From: a virus
Length of the DNA: 64,000 bases
Reading direction: 5' to 3' (one strand)
Virus record (IMG/VR): IMGVR_UViG_3300025000_001646
Span: 20,487 to 84,486 of that record
In this document: positions 1-11,917 of the stretch, piece after piece
How positions within the stretch are numbered: position 1 is the first letter of the stretch
Layout: each line of letters begins with the position of its first letter
Notes under the pieces: generated by a model
The model's database searches: none
Told to the model about the DNA's origin: nothing
Seen by the model: the letters and a program-made list of their open reading frames with translations, nothing else
Position numbers and translations under genes: made by a program

Positions 1-1
1 G

Positions 2-586
2 GTAGATGCAGATGACGAAAATAAACTTGAAAGAGAATATATAAGATACCATAGAATGATTGAAGAGATGCTTTTAAACAAATTAAACTTAGCAAAAAGA
101 AGTGTATTAGATATTGGTTGCTGACCTTATTCAATATTAAATTTATTAGATTGTAAAAAAAAGACAGTTATAGACCCTCTTATTGATGATTATAATAAAC
201 ATTTTGGTTTTAATCCAGAAATTAATTATGTAAAATGAGTAGGAGAAAAAATGCCTTTTGAAAAAAATAGTTTTGATTTAGTAATAACAATGAACTCGCT
301 AGACCATTGTGAAAATCCAGATGAAGTAATTAAAGAAATCAGAAGAGTAATAAAACCAAGCGGATATTTAGCAATTCATATTTGTATTAACAACGCCATA
401 AACAACCCACACCCTAGCCACAAAATCAATATAAATAGCGAATGGCTACATAATAGACTAGACGATATGTTTGAAACTGTCAGCGAAAAAGTAGTGCCTT
501 ATTGATGGCAGATTGACAAAACAACAGGAAAAAGATGACAGCCAGCTATTGCTTTACTTATGCGAAATTGTAACTTTAACAAATAA
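2..586 (+). CDS. Class I SAM-dependent methyltransferase (5' truncated by window; TGA=Gly)
   Basis: VLDIGC(tga)PYS SAM-binding motif, MPFEKNSFDLV, NSLDH; frame stays open to TAA 584-586 only if TGA is read through. Confidence 0.85.
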
Positions 587-762
587 TGAAAAAAACTTGC
601 AATCAATGTAAAGAAGAAATGATTCTTATAGACAATCTAGAAATTTTTGAGAAGAAAAAGAAAGAAAGTAAGTCTATATTTAGAGCCTATGTTTGCAGGA
701 ATCCTAAATGCCCAAACTATGCTTTATTACAAATTCCTTTAGAGGAAATGACTAAAAATTAA
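586..762 (+). CDS. Small zinc-ribbon protein
   Basis: CNQC...CRNPKC, 58 aa, TAATG overlap with upstream gene. Confidence 0.6.
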   Translation: MKKTCNQCKEEMILIDNLEIFEKKKKESKSIFRAYVCRNPKCPNYALLQIPLEEMTKN

Positions 763-949
763 TTTTATTTATTTATGAAAAAAGAAGAAAAAATTAAAAT
801 ACCTCAAATTGAAATATCTCAAAAAGTAATTGATGTATTAACATTAGACGAATTGAAAATAACAGTAAATTTATCAAAAATACTTATAAAAAATCATCCA
901 TTAATAAAAATTAAAATTTCATAATATTTAATATATAAATAATTTACCT

Positions 950-1801
950 ATGAAAAAACCATTAATCTGATTTATTTGACAAGGTTGGATTGGAAAAAAT
1001 TATTCTGATGACCTTGAAAATAGATGTTATGAAGTTATTAGATACTCTCTTGATCCTCAATATATTTGAAACAAAGACAAAATAAAAGACGCCGACATTG
1101 TATTTTTAGCTGTTCCTACTCCAAGCACTCCAGAATGATTTGACTTTTCAATTGTTAGAGAATGATTGAGTCTTGTTTGAGATTGAAAAATAGCCGTTAT
1201 TAAGTCTACAATCTTGCCTTGAACTACCGACAAATTACAAGCAGAATTTCCAGAAATTTATCTTTTTCACTCTCCAGAATTTTTGGCAGAGGCTACAGCT
1301 AAACAAGATGTAGAAAATCCAGACAGAAATATAGTTGGCTATACAGAAAAATCTCAATGTAAGGCTAGTGATGTTATGAGCGTTCTTCCAGTAGCTCCTT
1401 ATGAGAAAATAATTCCAGTTAAAGAAGCAGAACTTATTAAATATGGCGGAAATTGTTTTTTCTATTTTAAGGTTATTTATTGAAATTTGCTTTATGACAT
1501 GGCTAAGAAACTTTGACTTGATTATGAAATAGTACTAGATTGAGTATATAATGACAAAAGAATCGGCAGGACACACCTCAATCCTATTCATAAAAATTGA
1601 AGATGAGCTGGAGGCCACTGCTTCGTCAAAGACCTTTGTGCCTTCTACGAACTATATTCTAAAATTAATTCAGAAGACAAAGAAGGTATAGAACTTTTGA
1701 GAAAACTACAGGAAAAAAATATTAAACTTATGAAGGATTCAAACAAAGATTTAGATTTATTGAAAGGAGTATATTGAGAAAATTTAACTTTAAACTTTTA
1801 A
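950..1801 (+). CDS. UDP-glucose/GDP-mannose dehydrogenase family protein (TGA=Gly)
   Basis: Rossmann I(tga)FI(tga)QGWIG, VPTP, KSTILP(tga)TT, SPEFL, GGHCFVKD catalytic-Cys motif. Confidence 0.85.
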
Positions 1802-2740
1802 ATGATATTAGTCACTGGTGGTTATTGATTTATTGGTAGCAATTATATAAAACACTTAATCGAGAAATGAGAAAGTGTTATTAATATTGATAAACTTACT
1901 TATGCTTGAGATGTTTCTAATCTTCCAGAAAGTGACAAAATAAAGAATTTTCAAATTGACATTAATGACAAGAATTTAGTATATGATGTATTAAAAGAAT
2001 ACAAGCCAGAAACAATTATACACTTCGCAGCCGACAGTCACGTGGACAATTCGATTCAAGACCCTAGCCCTTTCATAGTCAATAATATTCTTGGAACTTA
2101 TAACTTACTAGAGGCTCTTAGAAAATATGGAAAAGCTAAAAAAATAATTATAATTAGCACTGACGAAGTGTATTGAAGCACCGAATATTGGGGTGTAGAA
2201 GAAGATTATAGATTTGAGCCAAACTCTCCATATTCAGCCTCTAAGGCTTCTGCCGAATGCTTAGCTTATTCCTATTACAAGACTTTTGACTTACCTATTA
2301 TTATAACAAGAAGCTCTAATGTTTATTGACCTAACCAACAAGAAGAGAAGCTAATACCTAAAATAATTTCCAAATCATTAGATAAATCGGAAATTCCGAT
2401 TTATTGAAATGGTAAAAATAAACGCTGGTGGTTGTCTGTATATGATTTGTGTAATGCTCTTGATTTATTAATTAAAAAAGGAAAAGTTTGAGAAAAATAT
2501 AATATAAAATGAGACTCTGAACTTTCTTCATTACAGATTGCTAAAATATTTAAAAAAACAATGTGAGATGATTTGAAAATTAAGTTTGTAGCTGACAGAA
2601 AAGCACACGACAAGAGGTATAATATTAATGACAGCAAGATTAGAGAATTATGATTTAGGAATAAACATAAATTTAAGAAAGAATCGAGAAATTTGGTATT
2701 TAATTTTATTACTAAACTTTTTGAAAAATGGAAGGATTAA
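1802..2740 (+). CDS. rmlB: dTDP-glucose 4,6-dehydratase (TGA=Gly)
   Basis: MILVTGGY(tga)[29 protein letters not shown](tga), PYSASKA. Confidence 0.9.
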
Positions 2741-3621
2741 CTTTCGTTGAAAATTTCGCTTATGAAAGAGATTGAAAAAGATGCCGACACTGTGGCACCA
2801 ATGAGAATATAAAAATTTATAAAATAGATGAAAAGAAAATAACTAGAACAGCAGGAGTAGACAATCTTATTACTCTTTGTAAAGATTGTTACAATAAAAA
2901 ATTCTTTAATGAAGAAGAAAATGTTTGTTGAGTAATTTTAGCTGGTTGAAAAGGCACAAGGATGGCTCCAATAACTAATTTCTTAAATAAACACGAATTA
3001 CCAGTAGGCAATAGACCAATGGTTTTTCATCCTCTTTTCACTCTTAGAGAATTATGAATTAAAAATGTATTAGTTATTTTCGAGCGGTATAATACTGGAA
3101 GAATGATTGAGGCTCTAGGTAATGGAAGAGAATTTGGAATGGAAATAACTTATAGAATACAGCATTGAGCGGGTGGTATTGCAGACGCTCTTAGTCTAGC
3201 TAAAGATTTTGTTTGAAATAGAAATTTTTATGTTATTCTTGGAGACAATATTTTTGACAATAACGAGATTGGAAAATTTAAAAAATCTGTTAATCCAAAA
3301 GTATTCATTAAACAAGTAGCCAATCCAGATGAATATTGAATTGGGGAAATTATAGATTGAAAAATAAATAGGATTATAGAAAAGCCTAAACAATATATAG
3401 GTAATATGGCGGTAACTGGACTTTACCATTATACTCCAGATGTATTCGACATTATTCAATGATTAAGACCTTCTTGAAGAGATGAGCTTGAAATAACAGA
3501 CATAAACAATTACTACTTAAAAGAATGAAAACTTGATTATGAAATTATAGAAAGTTATTGGGTTGACTCTTGATGCAATCTTTCATCATATATAGAAGCT
3601 AATAAAATTTTTAATCTTTAA
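2728..3621 (+). CDS. rmlA: Glucose-1-phosphate thymidylyltransferase with N-terminal HNH-like Zn-finger (TGA=Gly)
   Basis: RD(tga)KRCRHCG...NLITLCKDC, then VILAG(tga)KGTRMAP, LGDNIF, EKP, RDELEITD. Confidence 0.8.
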
Positions 3622-3626
3622 AAAAT

Positions 3627-4595
3627 ATGAAAATATTAATTACTGGCGGGGCTTGATTTATAGGATCTAGTCTAGCACAAAAACTTTTAACAAGAGAATG
3701 AATAGAAGAGATTGTTATAATTGACAATTTGAGTACTGGGAATAAAAACAATATTCCTAAAGATGAAAAAATTAAGTTTATTGAATGAGATGCTGGAGAC
3801 ACTGAATTAATTAAAGACTATGATTTTGACGAGATTTATCACTTAGCTAGTGCCGCTTCTCCAAAGAAATACCAGATTTATGCAATTGAGACTATGATTG
3901 TAAACGCAGAAGCTACCAGAAAACTTCTTGATTATTGCGTAAGACAATTAAAAGAAAAGAAAAGAAAAGTCAAATTTCTATTCGCTTCTACTAGTGAAAT
4001 TTATTGAGAACCAATTAGTCATCCTCAATCTGAAACAGATCTTTCAAGAATAAATATTAATTGACCTAGAGCTTGTTACGATGTTTCAAAAGCTTATGGA
4101 GATGTTTTGACAAGATTATATGCAGAAGAAAAAAAGATTGACACCAAAATAGTGCGAATTTTTAACACTTATTGACCTGCTTTAGATAAAAAAGATGGAA
4201 GAATAATTTGCAATTTTATTGAACAGGCTAAGAAAAAAGAACCATTTACAATTTATGGAGCTTGAAACCAAACAAGATCTTTCTCTTATGTAGATGACAC
4301 TGTTGATGGAATATTGACTGTAATGGAAAAAGGTAAATCTGGGGAAGTATATAATGTTGGTAATCCATTTCAAGAATTTACAGTAGAATCAGTTGCCAGA
4401 ATAATTTGTAAAATATTCCGAAATGAATATAGTGTTATTCGAAGAGATTTACCACAAGATGATCCTAGCAAACGAAAACCATCTATAAATAAAATACAAT
4501 CTTTAGACTGGAATCCTAAAGTAAATATATATACAGGAATAAAAAAAATGATTGGAGAAGAACTCCTTTCCGAAATAGAATCATTTACAAAATAA
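3627..4595 (+). CDS. NAD-dependent epimerase/dehydratase, UDP-glucuronate decarboxylase-like (TGA=Gly)
   Basis: ITGGA(tga)FIGS, HLASAASP, ASTSEIY(tga), PRACYDVSK, RIFNTY(tga)P, QTRSFSYVDD, DDPSKRKP. Confidence 0.85.
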
Positions 4596-4607
4596 TCTTA
4601 AAAAAAA

Positions 4608-4934
4608 ATGAAATTCAAAATTACTGACAAGAATTGAAAAATAGTAAATTCAGCAAAATTTACAATTGAAGATTGAGAAATTAAAAAACTTATTGTAGAT
4701 AAAGAACCAGATGAAATTGATTTTTCTAAAAATAAATTAGATCTTTACAAAGAGTTAGATGCAGATCAATTTAATATTGAAATGTTTGATGAAAAACCAA
4801 ATGAAGAAAAAGTTGAAGAGAAAAAAGAAGAGCAAAAAATTGAAGAAAATAAAGAGGAAAAAGTTGAAGAAAAACCAGAAGAAAAAAAAGAGGAAGTAAA
4901 AGAAGAGCCTAAAGAAGAGCTAAAAAGTGAATAA
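4608..4934 (+). CDS. Hypothetical protein with Glu/Lys-rich tail (TGA=Gly)
   Basis: Open only with 2 TGA read through; low-complexity EEK tail. Confidence 0.55.
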
Positions 4935-5670
4935 TTACTTATTAGGAAAAGATTGATTTATTGGAAGTAAATTAGCAGAGAGGCTTGAAAATCTCTCTGT
5001 TTTTGAATGAGATTTTTTGAAAGACCAATTTGATTTAAAAGGAATAGACTATGTCTTTCACTATATTTCTACAACAGTACCTTTTTGATCATTCGCAGAA
5101 AAAGACATATATGAAAATTTGCTTAATACTATTAGACTTCTCAATGCTTGTGTATTGAATAAAGTAAAGAAAATTATTTTTCCGTCTAGTGGTTGAAGCC
5201 TATGCGAAGAGCCAAAAAGCTCCCACGCTATAATCAAACGAACTATTGAGGATTTTCTTAAGTATTACCAAAGACAATATTGACTTGATTATTTAATTCT
5301 AAGGTATACGAATGTTTATGGTTACAATGAAAGACAAAATATTTGATTAATTAATAATATGATTAGATGTGCTTTGCATTGAGACATTTTTTTACAATAT
5401 TGAGACTTAAAAAAGAATTATATTTATATCGATGACGCTATTGACGAAACAATTAAAAATTTAGACAGAAAAAATGAAACTATTTTAATTGGTGGACAGA
5501 CTTACAGAGCAAGCGAAATTGAAAAAATAATCAATAAAAATTATTGAAATATTAGAATAGAACATTTAGAACCGTCAAAATTTGATGTAGAATATTTTTG
5601 ACCAGAATTTATTACTAATACTACTATAGAAAATGGAATTAAAAAAATTGCGAATAGGTATATTGGCTAA
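4927..5670 (+). CDS. NAD-dependent epimerase/dehydratase (TGA=Gly)
   Basis: GTG start, LLGKD(tga)FIGS, FPSSG(tga), LRYTNVYG. Confidence 0.7.
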
Positions 5671-6646
5671 TTGTATTGAAGTTCCACCTCTTTCTTATGG
5701 ATGAATTGAAAGGGTTATTTTTCATACAGTTGAAACATTAAATTGACTTGGTTATGATGTTGTTTTGTTTGCTCCAAAATGAAGTAAAGTAAGTTGTAAA
5801 CTGGTAGAAGTTAGTTGATGGAATGATGAGACAGATGTTTTTTACGAGGCTTTTAAGAAAGAAAATGAAATAAAACCTTTTGATATTTTGCACGACTTTA
5901 ACGCTTCGGGCTACAAGAACCCAGAAAGATTTAAACATAATTATTGTTGCACAATTATTTCTTCTGGCTATTGAACAGGAGTAGTCAATGAGCCAAACCC
6001 TATTTTTCAAAGTCAAGCACAATTAAATTGAGCAAGAGAATTTATAAAAGACCTAGATGCTCCAGTAGTTTATAATTGATTAGACAACGAAAAAATAGTA
6101 TATAACGAAAACAAAGATGATTATTTTTTATATTTAGGAAGGTACGATTGGCAAAAAGTCCCACATATAGCAATTGAGGCAGTTAAAAAGGCTTGAGTGC
6201 CTTTGGTAATGTGCTGATACAATGCAGATGACAAATACTATAAAGAAAAAGTTGAGCCGTTTTTTGACTGAAAACAAATAATTAATCTGGGAGCAGTTAG
6301 TGAAGATATACAGTCAAGATTATTAAGTGAAGCCAAAGCACTTTTATTTCCTTCCAATTGGAGAGAATGTTTGGCAATAGTTTTATTACAAGCTCTAGCA
6401 AGTTGAACTCCTATAATAGCAGAAACTTTTGACTGAAAAAATTGTATTCCAGAAGTAATTGAAAATTGAAAAGAAGGTTTTATTGTTAAGTGAAGCTATG
6501 AAATGGCAGAGGCTATTAATAATATAGACAAAATTAAACACATGGATTGTCGTGTTAAGGCAGACAGTCTTTTTACTAGACAAAAAATGGTTGAAGGTTA
6601 CTTAAAAATCTATTATATATTATTGGAAAACAAAAAAACCTCTTAA
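5633..6646 (+). CDS. Glycosyltransferase family 4 (TGA=Gly)
   Basis: VPPLSYG(tga)IERV, YLGRY, FPSNWRECLAIVLLQALAS(tga)TPII. Confidence 0.85.
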
Positions 6647-6736
6647 TTAAAAGAGGCTTATTTGCTAATCTAATCTATAAAACCAATCAAACATTAACAC
6701 CAAAATAATTATAGCAATTATAAATTTAAAAATCAA

Positions 6737-7525
6737 ATGAAAATTTCAATTTGTATGGCGGTTTTCAATCGGGCTGAACTTTTGAAAAATGCTATCAAAT
6801 CTCTTTCTATACAAACAAGAATACCAGATGAAATAGTAATAGTAGATGATTGAAGTGACGCTAAAAATGATTTAAAACTTGTTTTAGATAATTTTCCTTG
6901 ATTAAATATAAAACTACTAAGAAGAGAATCAAAACTATGGAATAACCCTCCTATACCTCTAAATTGAAGTGTCAAGAATGCTACTTGAGATTTAATAATC
7001 TTTTCTTTCCCAGACATAATTCATTACAATTTCGATAATATAGAAAGATTGGAAAAAATGTTTGAAGAAAATAGTAATCAATGTATTGTAGGAGCTAAGA
7101 TTTATTGGCAAGGCAAAGATGTTCTTTTACCAGAGAATATAGTAGAAAATCCTAAACTTATTGACGATTTTAATGTAAAGACTTGGTATAACTGATTTGT
7201 TTCAAAAGATGATGAGGTTGTAATTACAGAAGACTTGCAAACCAGCAATATAATGGCAGTTACTAGAGAAAATTTTATTAAGTTATGAGGTTTTGATGAA
7301 GAACTTTCACAAAGTTATTGACACGAAGACAGCGAATTTCTTAATCGTTGCCATAACAACGAAATAAAAGTAAGTAGAGACAATTCTATAATATGAATAC
7401 ACCAGTGGCACAAAAGACCACCAGTTTATGCTGTGGCTAATTTAGAGAGTAAAAGAGATTATTTAAATGCTAGAAGAAAAATATTAACCGCTAATGATTG
7501 AAAAGATTGGGGTAATCTTATTTAA
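6737..7525 (+). CDS. Glycosyltransferase family 2 (TGA=Gly)
   Basis: ISICMAVFNR, VIVDD(tga)SD, (tga)GFDEE, (tga)HED, HQWH. Confidence 0.85.
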
Positions 7526-7871
7526 GCATATTTTCGATTAGATTTATAGCTTCCTCTGCTCCATAACATATTTCAGCTTGAACATTTTCAATCGTATTTA
7601 GATTATTAATCCATTCTTTTTGAGCCTTTCTAACAACGCTAAGGCTTTTTTTCTGTCTTTTCATCTCTATAAATATTAGTGCAGGCTCTTTTTTAGGTAA
7701 AATAATCATTAAATCTGGAAGACCAGCATTCAATCCCATTGCCTTATTCTTTCTTTTTTGATTCCAAGAAGTAGTGAAAGTTGAATTAGGTATTGCCGTA
7801 AATTTAATATTCTTCATATTGAGCCAGTTAGCAAGCATTATTTGCTCTTCTTCCTCTAGTGGTATATTCAT
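7518..7871 (-). CDS. VRR-NUC domain nuclease
   Basis: EEEEQ, AIPN, GLNAGLPDL, FIEMKR, AQKEW. Confidence 0.8.
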   Translation of the reverse strand: MNIPLEEEEQIMLANWLNMKNIKFTAIPNSTFTTSWNQKRKNKAMGLNAGLPDLMIILPKKEPALIFIEMKRQKKSLSVVRKAQKEWINNLNTIENVQAEICYGAEEAINLIENMLK

Positions 7872-7993
7872 AATAAATAAAGGTTATTTCTCTAATTATA
7901 GCAGTATTTTAATGAAAATAAAGTATATTATAAAATATTTTGTAAAAAAGTAAATAAAAAGTGTAAAAAAAAGTGATTTTCTTTAAAAAAAAC

Positions 7994-8022
7994 TTGATTT
8001 TGTTAAAAAAAAGGATTATAAT
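7994..8022 (+). promoter_or_regulatory. Early sigma70-type promoter (family A)
   Basis: TTGATT-17bp-TATAAT with upstream A tracts; near-identical copies at 11547, 17550, 29644. Confidence 0.8.
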
Positions 8023-8121
8023 GGTTATGTTATTAAATAAAAAGTTCATTAAAATAACGATTTATGCAGGAAATAATCCTAAAGATTATGACTTGCACCT
8101 ATTATTTAAACTTATTTTATT

Positions 8122-8373
8122 ATGAAAAAAATCAATCTAGCAACTTTTAAATCATTTTTAAAGAAAAATGAAGGAAATGTATTCTTCAAACAAGAAACAG
8201 ATGTAATTAGTGACGAAGGAAGTTTTCAGATTGATGGAAAAGAAACAGAAACAAGTTTAGAAAAAGTTTATGATCAAAACATTTTAACTTATTCTGGAAA
8301 TTATTTTTCAGAAATAGAAAATGGATTTAATGTTTACAACTGTTGTGGATCTTGGAATTTTTACACTAAATAA
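8122..8373 (+). CDS. Hypothetical early protein
   Basis: First ORF after promoter; AACTT leader motif; no TGA. Confidence 0.6.
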   Translation: MKKINLATFKSFLKKNEGNVFFKQETDVISDEGSFQIDGKETETSLEKVYDQNILTYSGNYFSEIENGFNVYNCCGSWNFYTK

Positions 8374-8385
8374 CCTTATATTTTT

Positions 8386-8880
8386 ATGGAAAATTTTTTT
8401 GAAAATCTTAAAAATTGGAATAATTTAACAAAAGATGAAAAAAGACAAATTTCAGATCAAACAAGAAAACTTTTCAATATGAATATTGATATCTATGATG
8501 AATGTTTTGAGATTTATGTTTTTACTGAAAGTTTGAAAACGAAAACCGTAAAAACAAAAATAAAACCCGAGGAAATAACAATGGAAAAAATTTTGAAAGC
8601 TAGTGAAAAAGTAGAAAAGCTTTTAAATGTAGACACAAAGGACTTTATAAACATTGCTAAAATAATTAGAAAAGAAGTTAATCTCGGAACTTATGTATCA
8701 AGCTATGGACTAGGTATTGATACTTTACTTTTAAAAGAAGAACATAAACAAAAAATAAGAGATTATTTGAATAAAAACAAAATAGAGTTTAGAGAGGAAT
8801 ACAGTCAAGCAAGCTTGGTTTACCGTTTTATATTCTCTAAAAACAAAGATAACATTATAAAAATTAAAAATATTATTTAA
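8386..8880 (+). CDS. Hypothetical early protein
   Basis: 164 aa ORF, TAACCTT leader. Confidence 0.6.
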   Translation: MENFFENLKNWNNLTKDEKRQISDQTRKLFNMNIDIYDECFEIYVFTESLKTKTVKTKIKPEEITMEKILKASEKVEKLLNVDTKDFINIAKIIRKEVNLGTYVSSYGLGIDTLLLKEEHKQKIRDYLNKNKIEFREEYSQASLVYRFIFSKNKDNIIKIKNII

Positions 8881-8892
8881 CATTATTTATTT

Positions 8893-9108
8893 ATGAATTT
8901 AAACAATCTTACAAGCATAAGTGTTCATTCAATCAAAATAAAAGATTTTTATAAAGGATTTATAGAAGTAACTCATAAACAAGGAAAAGAAATTATAAAT
9001 CAAAAATATTATTCAAAAATAAAAAGGCTTAATAAAGAAGATGCCAAAAATGATGCCAAAACGGCTGTATTGGAAAGTTTTCACTTAGGATGTATTCCAG
9101 AATTTTAA
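8893..9108 (+). CDS. Hypothetical early protein
   Basis: ORF with TAACATT leader. Confidence 0.55.
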   Translation: MNLNNLTSISVHSIKIKDFYKGFIEVTHKQGKEIINQKYYSKIKRLNKEDAKNDAKTAVLESFHLGCIPEF

Positions 9109-9127
9109 TATTTAATCTTACTTATTT

Positions 9128-9544
9128 ATGAAAACAATAAAGAATACTGATTATAGATTTTATGATACAGAAAATTATAAAGGAAATGGTTATGTGATTT
9201 TTAAAAAAGAATTTCTAAAACATTTTGATTTAGAATTTCAAGAAAAAGGAACAAAAATGAATTTAACTGAAGAGGCAATTAATTCAACAATAGAACAAAA
9301 TATAAATATTGAAAATTTTCAAACTATAGATGATTTTTTAAAAAAAGGAACTAAAATAATAATTGAAAAAGAAAGAGAATTAATTAAATTAAGAAAAAAC
9401 TGGTATAATAGAATTTTTATTGAAATATTAAGAAATAAAAAAATAATGTTTATTGAAAGTGAAAATAAATTATATATTTACTATTATAAAGACAATACAG
9501 AAGGAACTATTTTAGGAGGAGTAATAATGAAAATTAATCTTTAA
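9128..9544 (+). CDS. Hypothetical early protein
   Basis: 138 aa ORF in operon. Confidence 0.55.
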   Translation: MKTIKNTDYRFYDTENYKGNGYVIFKKEFLKHFDLEFQEKGTKMNLTEEAINSTIEQNINIENFQTIDDFLKKGTKIIIEKERELIKLRKNWYNRIFIEILRNKKIMFIESENKLYIYYYKDNTEGTILGGVIMKINL

Positions 9545-9550
9545 AAAAAT

Positions 9551-9928
9551 ATGCAAACATTTTTACCATATTCAGACTTTAAAAAATCAGCTAAAAGTCT
9601 TGATTATAGAAGGCTAGGCAAACAACGAGTGGAATGTTACCAAATATTAAGAGCAAATTTAGGAATTACAAGTGGTTGGATTAATCATCCAATCACTAAA
9701 ATGTGGAAAGGATTTGAATATTGCTTATTACAATACACTCTTGCTATATGTGATGAATGGATTGGAAAAGGTTATAAAGACACAATCAAGCAAAAGGTTT
9801 TAGATTTAGGAATAAAAAAATCAAATAAAAAACCTAGATTTCTAGGTAATAAATACTTCTACGAAAACTACCAGAAAATCCTTTTAGAGAAAAATTACAA
9901 TTACTATTCTAATATTTTTAAAATATGA
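9551..9928 (+). CDS. Pyrimidine dimer DNA glycosylase / endonuclease V family protein
   Basis: MQTFLPY...LDYRRLGKQRVE...GWINHPITKMW; ends in TGA overlapping next ATG. Confidence 0.8.
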   Translation: MQTFLPYSDFKKSAKSLDYRRLGKQRVECYQILRANLGITSGWINHPITKMWKGFEYCLLQYTLAICDEWIGKGYKDTIKQKVLDLGIKKSNKKPRFLGNKYFYENYQKILLEKNYNYYSNIFKI

Positions 9929-11475
9929 TTAATAAAAATTTTTACCCTACTCCAGAAAAATTGATTTACAAAATGGTTTTTCTGGAAAATATTAAGACAA
10001 TTCTCGAGCCTAGTGCTGGTAAGGGAGATATTGTTGATTTTATAAAAAAAAGAAACGAAAAACTAGACATTGATTGTATAGAGAACGATGAGATGTTACA
10101 AAACATTCTGAAAGGCAAAAAGCATAAACTAATTCACGATGATTTTTTGACTTTTGAAACTAATAAAAAATATGAATTGATCATTGCTAATCCTCCTTTC
10201 GATGAAGGAGATAAACATTTAAAAAAGATGATTGAATTGCAAGAAAGAACAGGAGGAAAAATAGTTTGTCTTCTTAATGCAGAGACTTTAAAAAATGATT
10301 ATAGTAATTTAAGAAAAGAATTAAAACAAAAACTAGAAAAATATAATGCAGAAATAGAATATTTGCAAGGCGAATTTGAAGAGGCTGAAAGAAAGACAAG
10401 TGTAGAAGTTGCATTAATTAAAGTTGAAATTCCAGAAAAAAATGTGGATAGCTTAATTTTAGAAAATTTAAAAAAGGAGGTAATTAATGAAGACATTTTT
10501 GAAAATACAGAAATTGTAGAAAATAATTTTTTAAATCAAATAATTAGCAGATACAAGTTTGAGGAAAAAGCTGGTTTACAATTAATTAAAGAATGGAAAA
10601 AACTTGAGCCTTTTATTAAAGATAAGATTAATCCAAAAAAAGAGGATTATTGTAAATCAATAATCAATTTAGAAATAGAAGGAGCGAGTAAATATTCTGA
10701 TAACTGGAATAATTCATATATTGAACAATTAAGATTAAAATATTGGAAGACTTTATTTGAAAATAACGAATTTATTAGAAATTTTACATCTAATATTAGA
10801 AGTGATTTATTTGCTAAAATAGAGTCTTTGAAAGATTATGAATTTTCTTTATTTAATATTGAGCAAATAAAAAATGATATTAATAAAAATTTAGAAGTTG
10901 GAATTGAAAAAACTATTTTGGATTTATTTGAAAAATGTACTCAAGAATATTCTTATTATCCAGAATGTAAAAAGAATATCCACTATTATAACGGTTGGTG
11001 TACTAACAAGGCACATAAAATAAATAAAAAAATAATATTGCCTATTAATGGATTCTCTAGGTATTATGATGACGGAAGACTGGAAACATACAGACTTTCT
11101 CCAGAATTATTTGATATGGAAAAAGTCTTTAATTATTTAGATGCATCAAAAACAACATCAAATATAAGTTTTTTGTTGGAAAGAGCTAATCAAGAAAAAA
11201 ACTATAAAATAGAATTGAAATATTTCAATTTAACATTTTATAAAAAAGGAACTTGTCATATAGAATTTACTAATCTTGATTTACTAGAAAAATTTAATAT
11301 TTTTGGTTCTCAAAGAAAAAAATGGCTACCACCAAATTATGGAAAAACAAAATACGAAGATATGAATAAACAAGATCAAGACACGATTAATGAATTTCAA
11401 GGAAAAGAGAAATACAATGAGGTTATTAACAATAAAGACAAATTCATAATAGAAAATAATAGGCTATTTTTATAA
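9925..11475 (+). CDS. N6-adenine DNA methyltransferase-like protein (DUF4942-type C-terminus)
   Basis: FYPTP, LEPSAGKG, DDFL, ANPPF; FYKKGTCHIEF. Confidence 0.8.
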   Translation: MINKNFYPTPEKLIYKMVFLENIKTILEPSAGKGDIVDFIKKRNEKLDIDCIENDEMLQNILKGKKHKLIHDDFLTFETNKKYELIIANPPFDEGDKHLKKMIELQERTGGKIVCLLNAETLKNDYSNLRKELKQKLEKYNAEIEYLQGEFEEAERKTSVEVALIKVEIPEKNVDSLILENLKKEVINEDIFENTEIVENNFLNQIISRYKFEEKAGLQLIKEWKKLEPFIKDKINPKKEDYCKSIINLEIEGASKYSDNWNNSYIEQLRLKYWKTLFENNEFIRNFTSNIRSDLFAKIESLKDYEFSLFNIEQIKNDINKNLEVGIEKTILDLFEKCTQEYSYYPECKKNIHYYNGWCTNKAHKINKKIILPINGFSRYYDDGRLETYRLSPELFDMEKVFNYLDASKTTSNISFLLERANQEKNYKIELKYFNLTFYKKGTCHIEFTNLDLLEKFNIFGSQRKKWLPPNYGKTKYEDMNKQDQDTINEFQGKEKYNEVINNKDKFIIENNRLFL

Positions 11476-11546
11476 TAATATTATAAAATAAAAGTATAAA
11501 AAAACAAGACTTTTTATAAAAAAAGAAAAGAAAATGCAAAAAAAAC

Positions 11547-11575
11547 TTGATTTTTATAAAAAAAAAGAGTATAAT
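11547..11575 (+). promoter_or_regulatory. Early promoter (family A)
   Basis: TTGATT-17bp-TATAAT, spacer contains palindrome TTTTTATAAAAA. Confidence 0.8.
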
Positions 11576-11917
11576 TAATTCAGAAAACGATTAGGAAATT
11601 AAAAAACCTGTAAAAAATCGTTTCACAAACAAAAGATTCTCTCCTACCGATTAATCTTTAGGAAGGTTTCTACCAACTAGCTCTTTAAAATAACGATTAA
11701 ATATGAAATATTGAGCCTAAAGCTAAAAATATTTAACCTTTACTTTTATATGAATGCAACAACAAAAAAATTTTTATGGTTTTATTTAGGAATCATAAAT
11801 AACGGATCAAAAAAATTGATAGTTTCTATTAGATTGAGAAAAATTAATGCTCTAAGAGATGCTTTGGATAAGATAGATGACTTGAAAAATGTATCTATTA
11901 TTTAACCTTACTTTTAT

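Noticed and set aside
2401-7017. Short minus-strand ORFs in the ORF track (also 34598, 37392, 48686, 49641, 51858, 55815, 59234)
   Set aside because: They overlap well-supported plus-strand recoded genes and have no motifs.
1-7525. Massive pseudogenisation or sequencing errors as cause of fragmented ORFs
   Set aside because: Interruptions are almost exclusively TGA, in frame, at conserved Gly positions, and a cognate tRNA is present.
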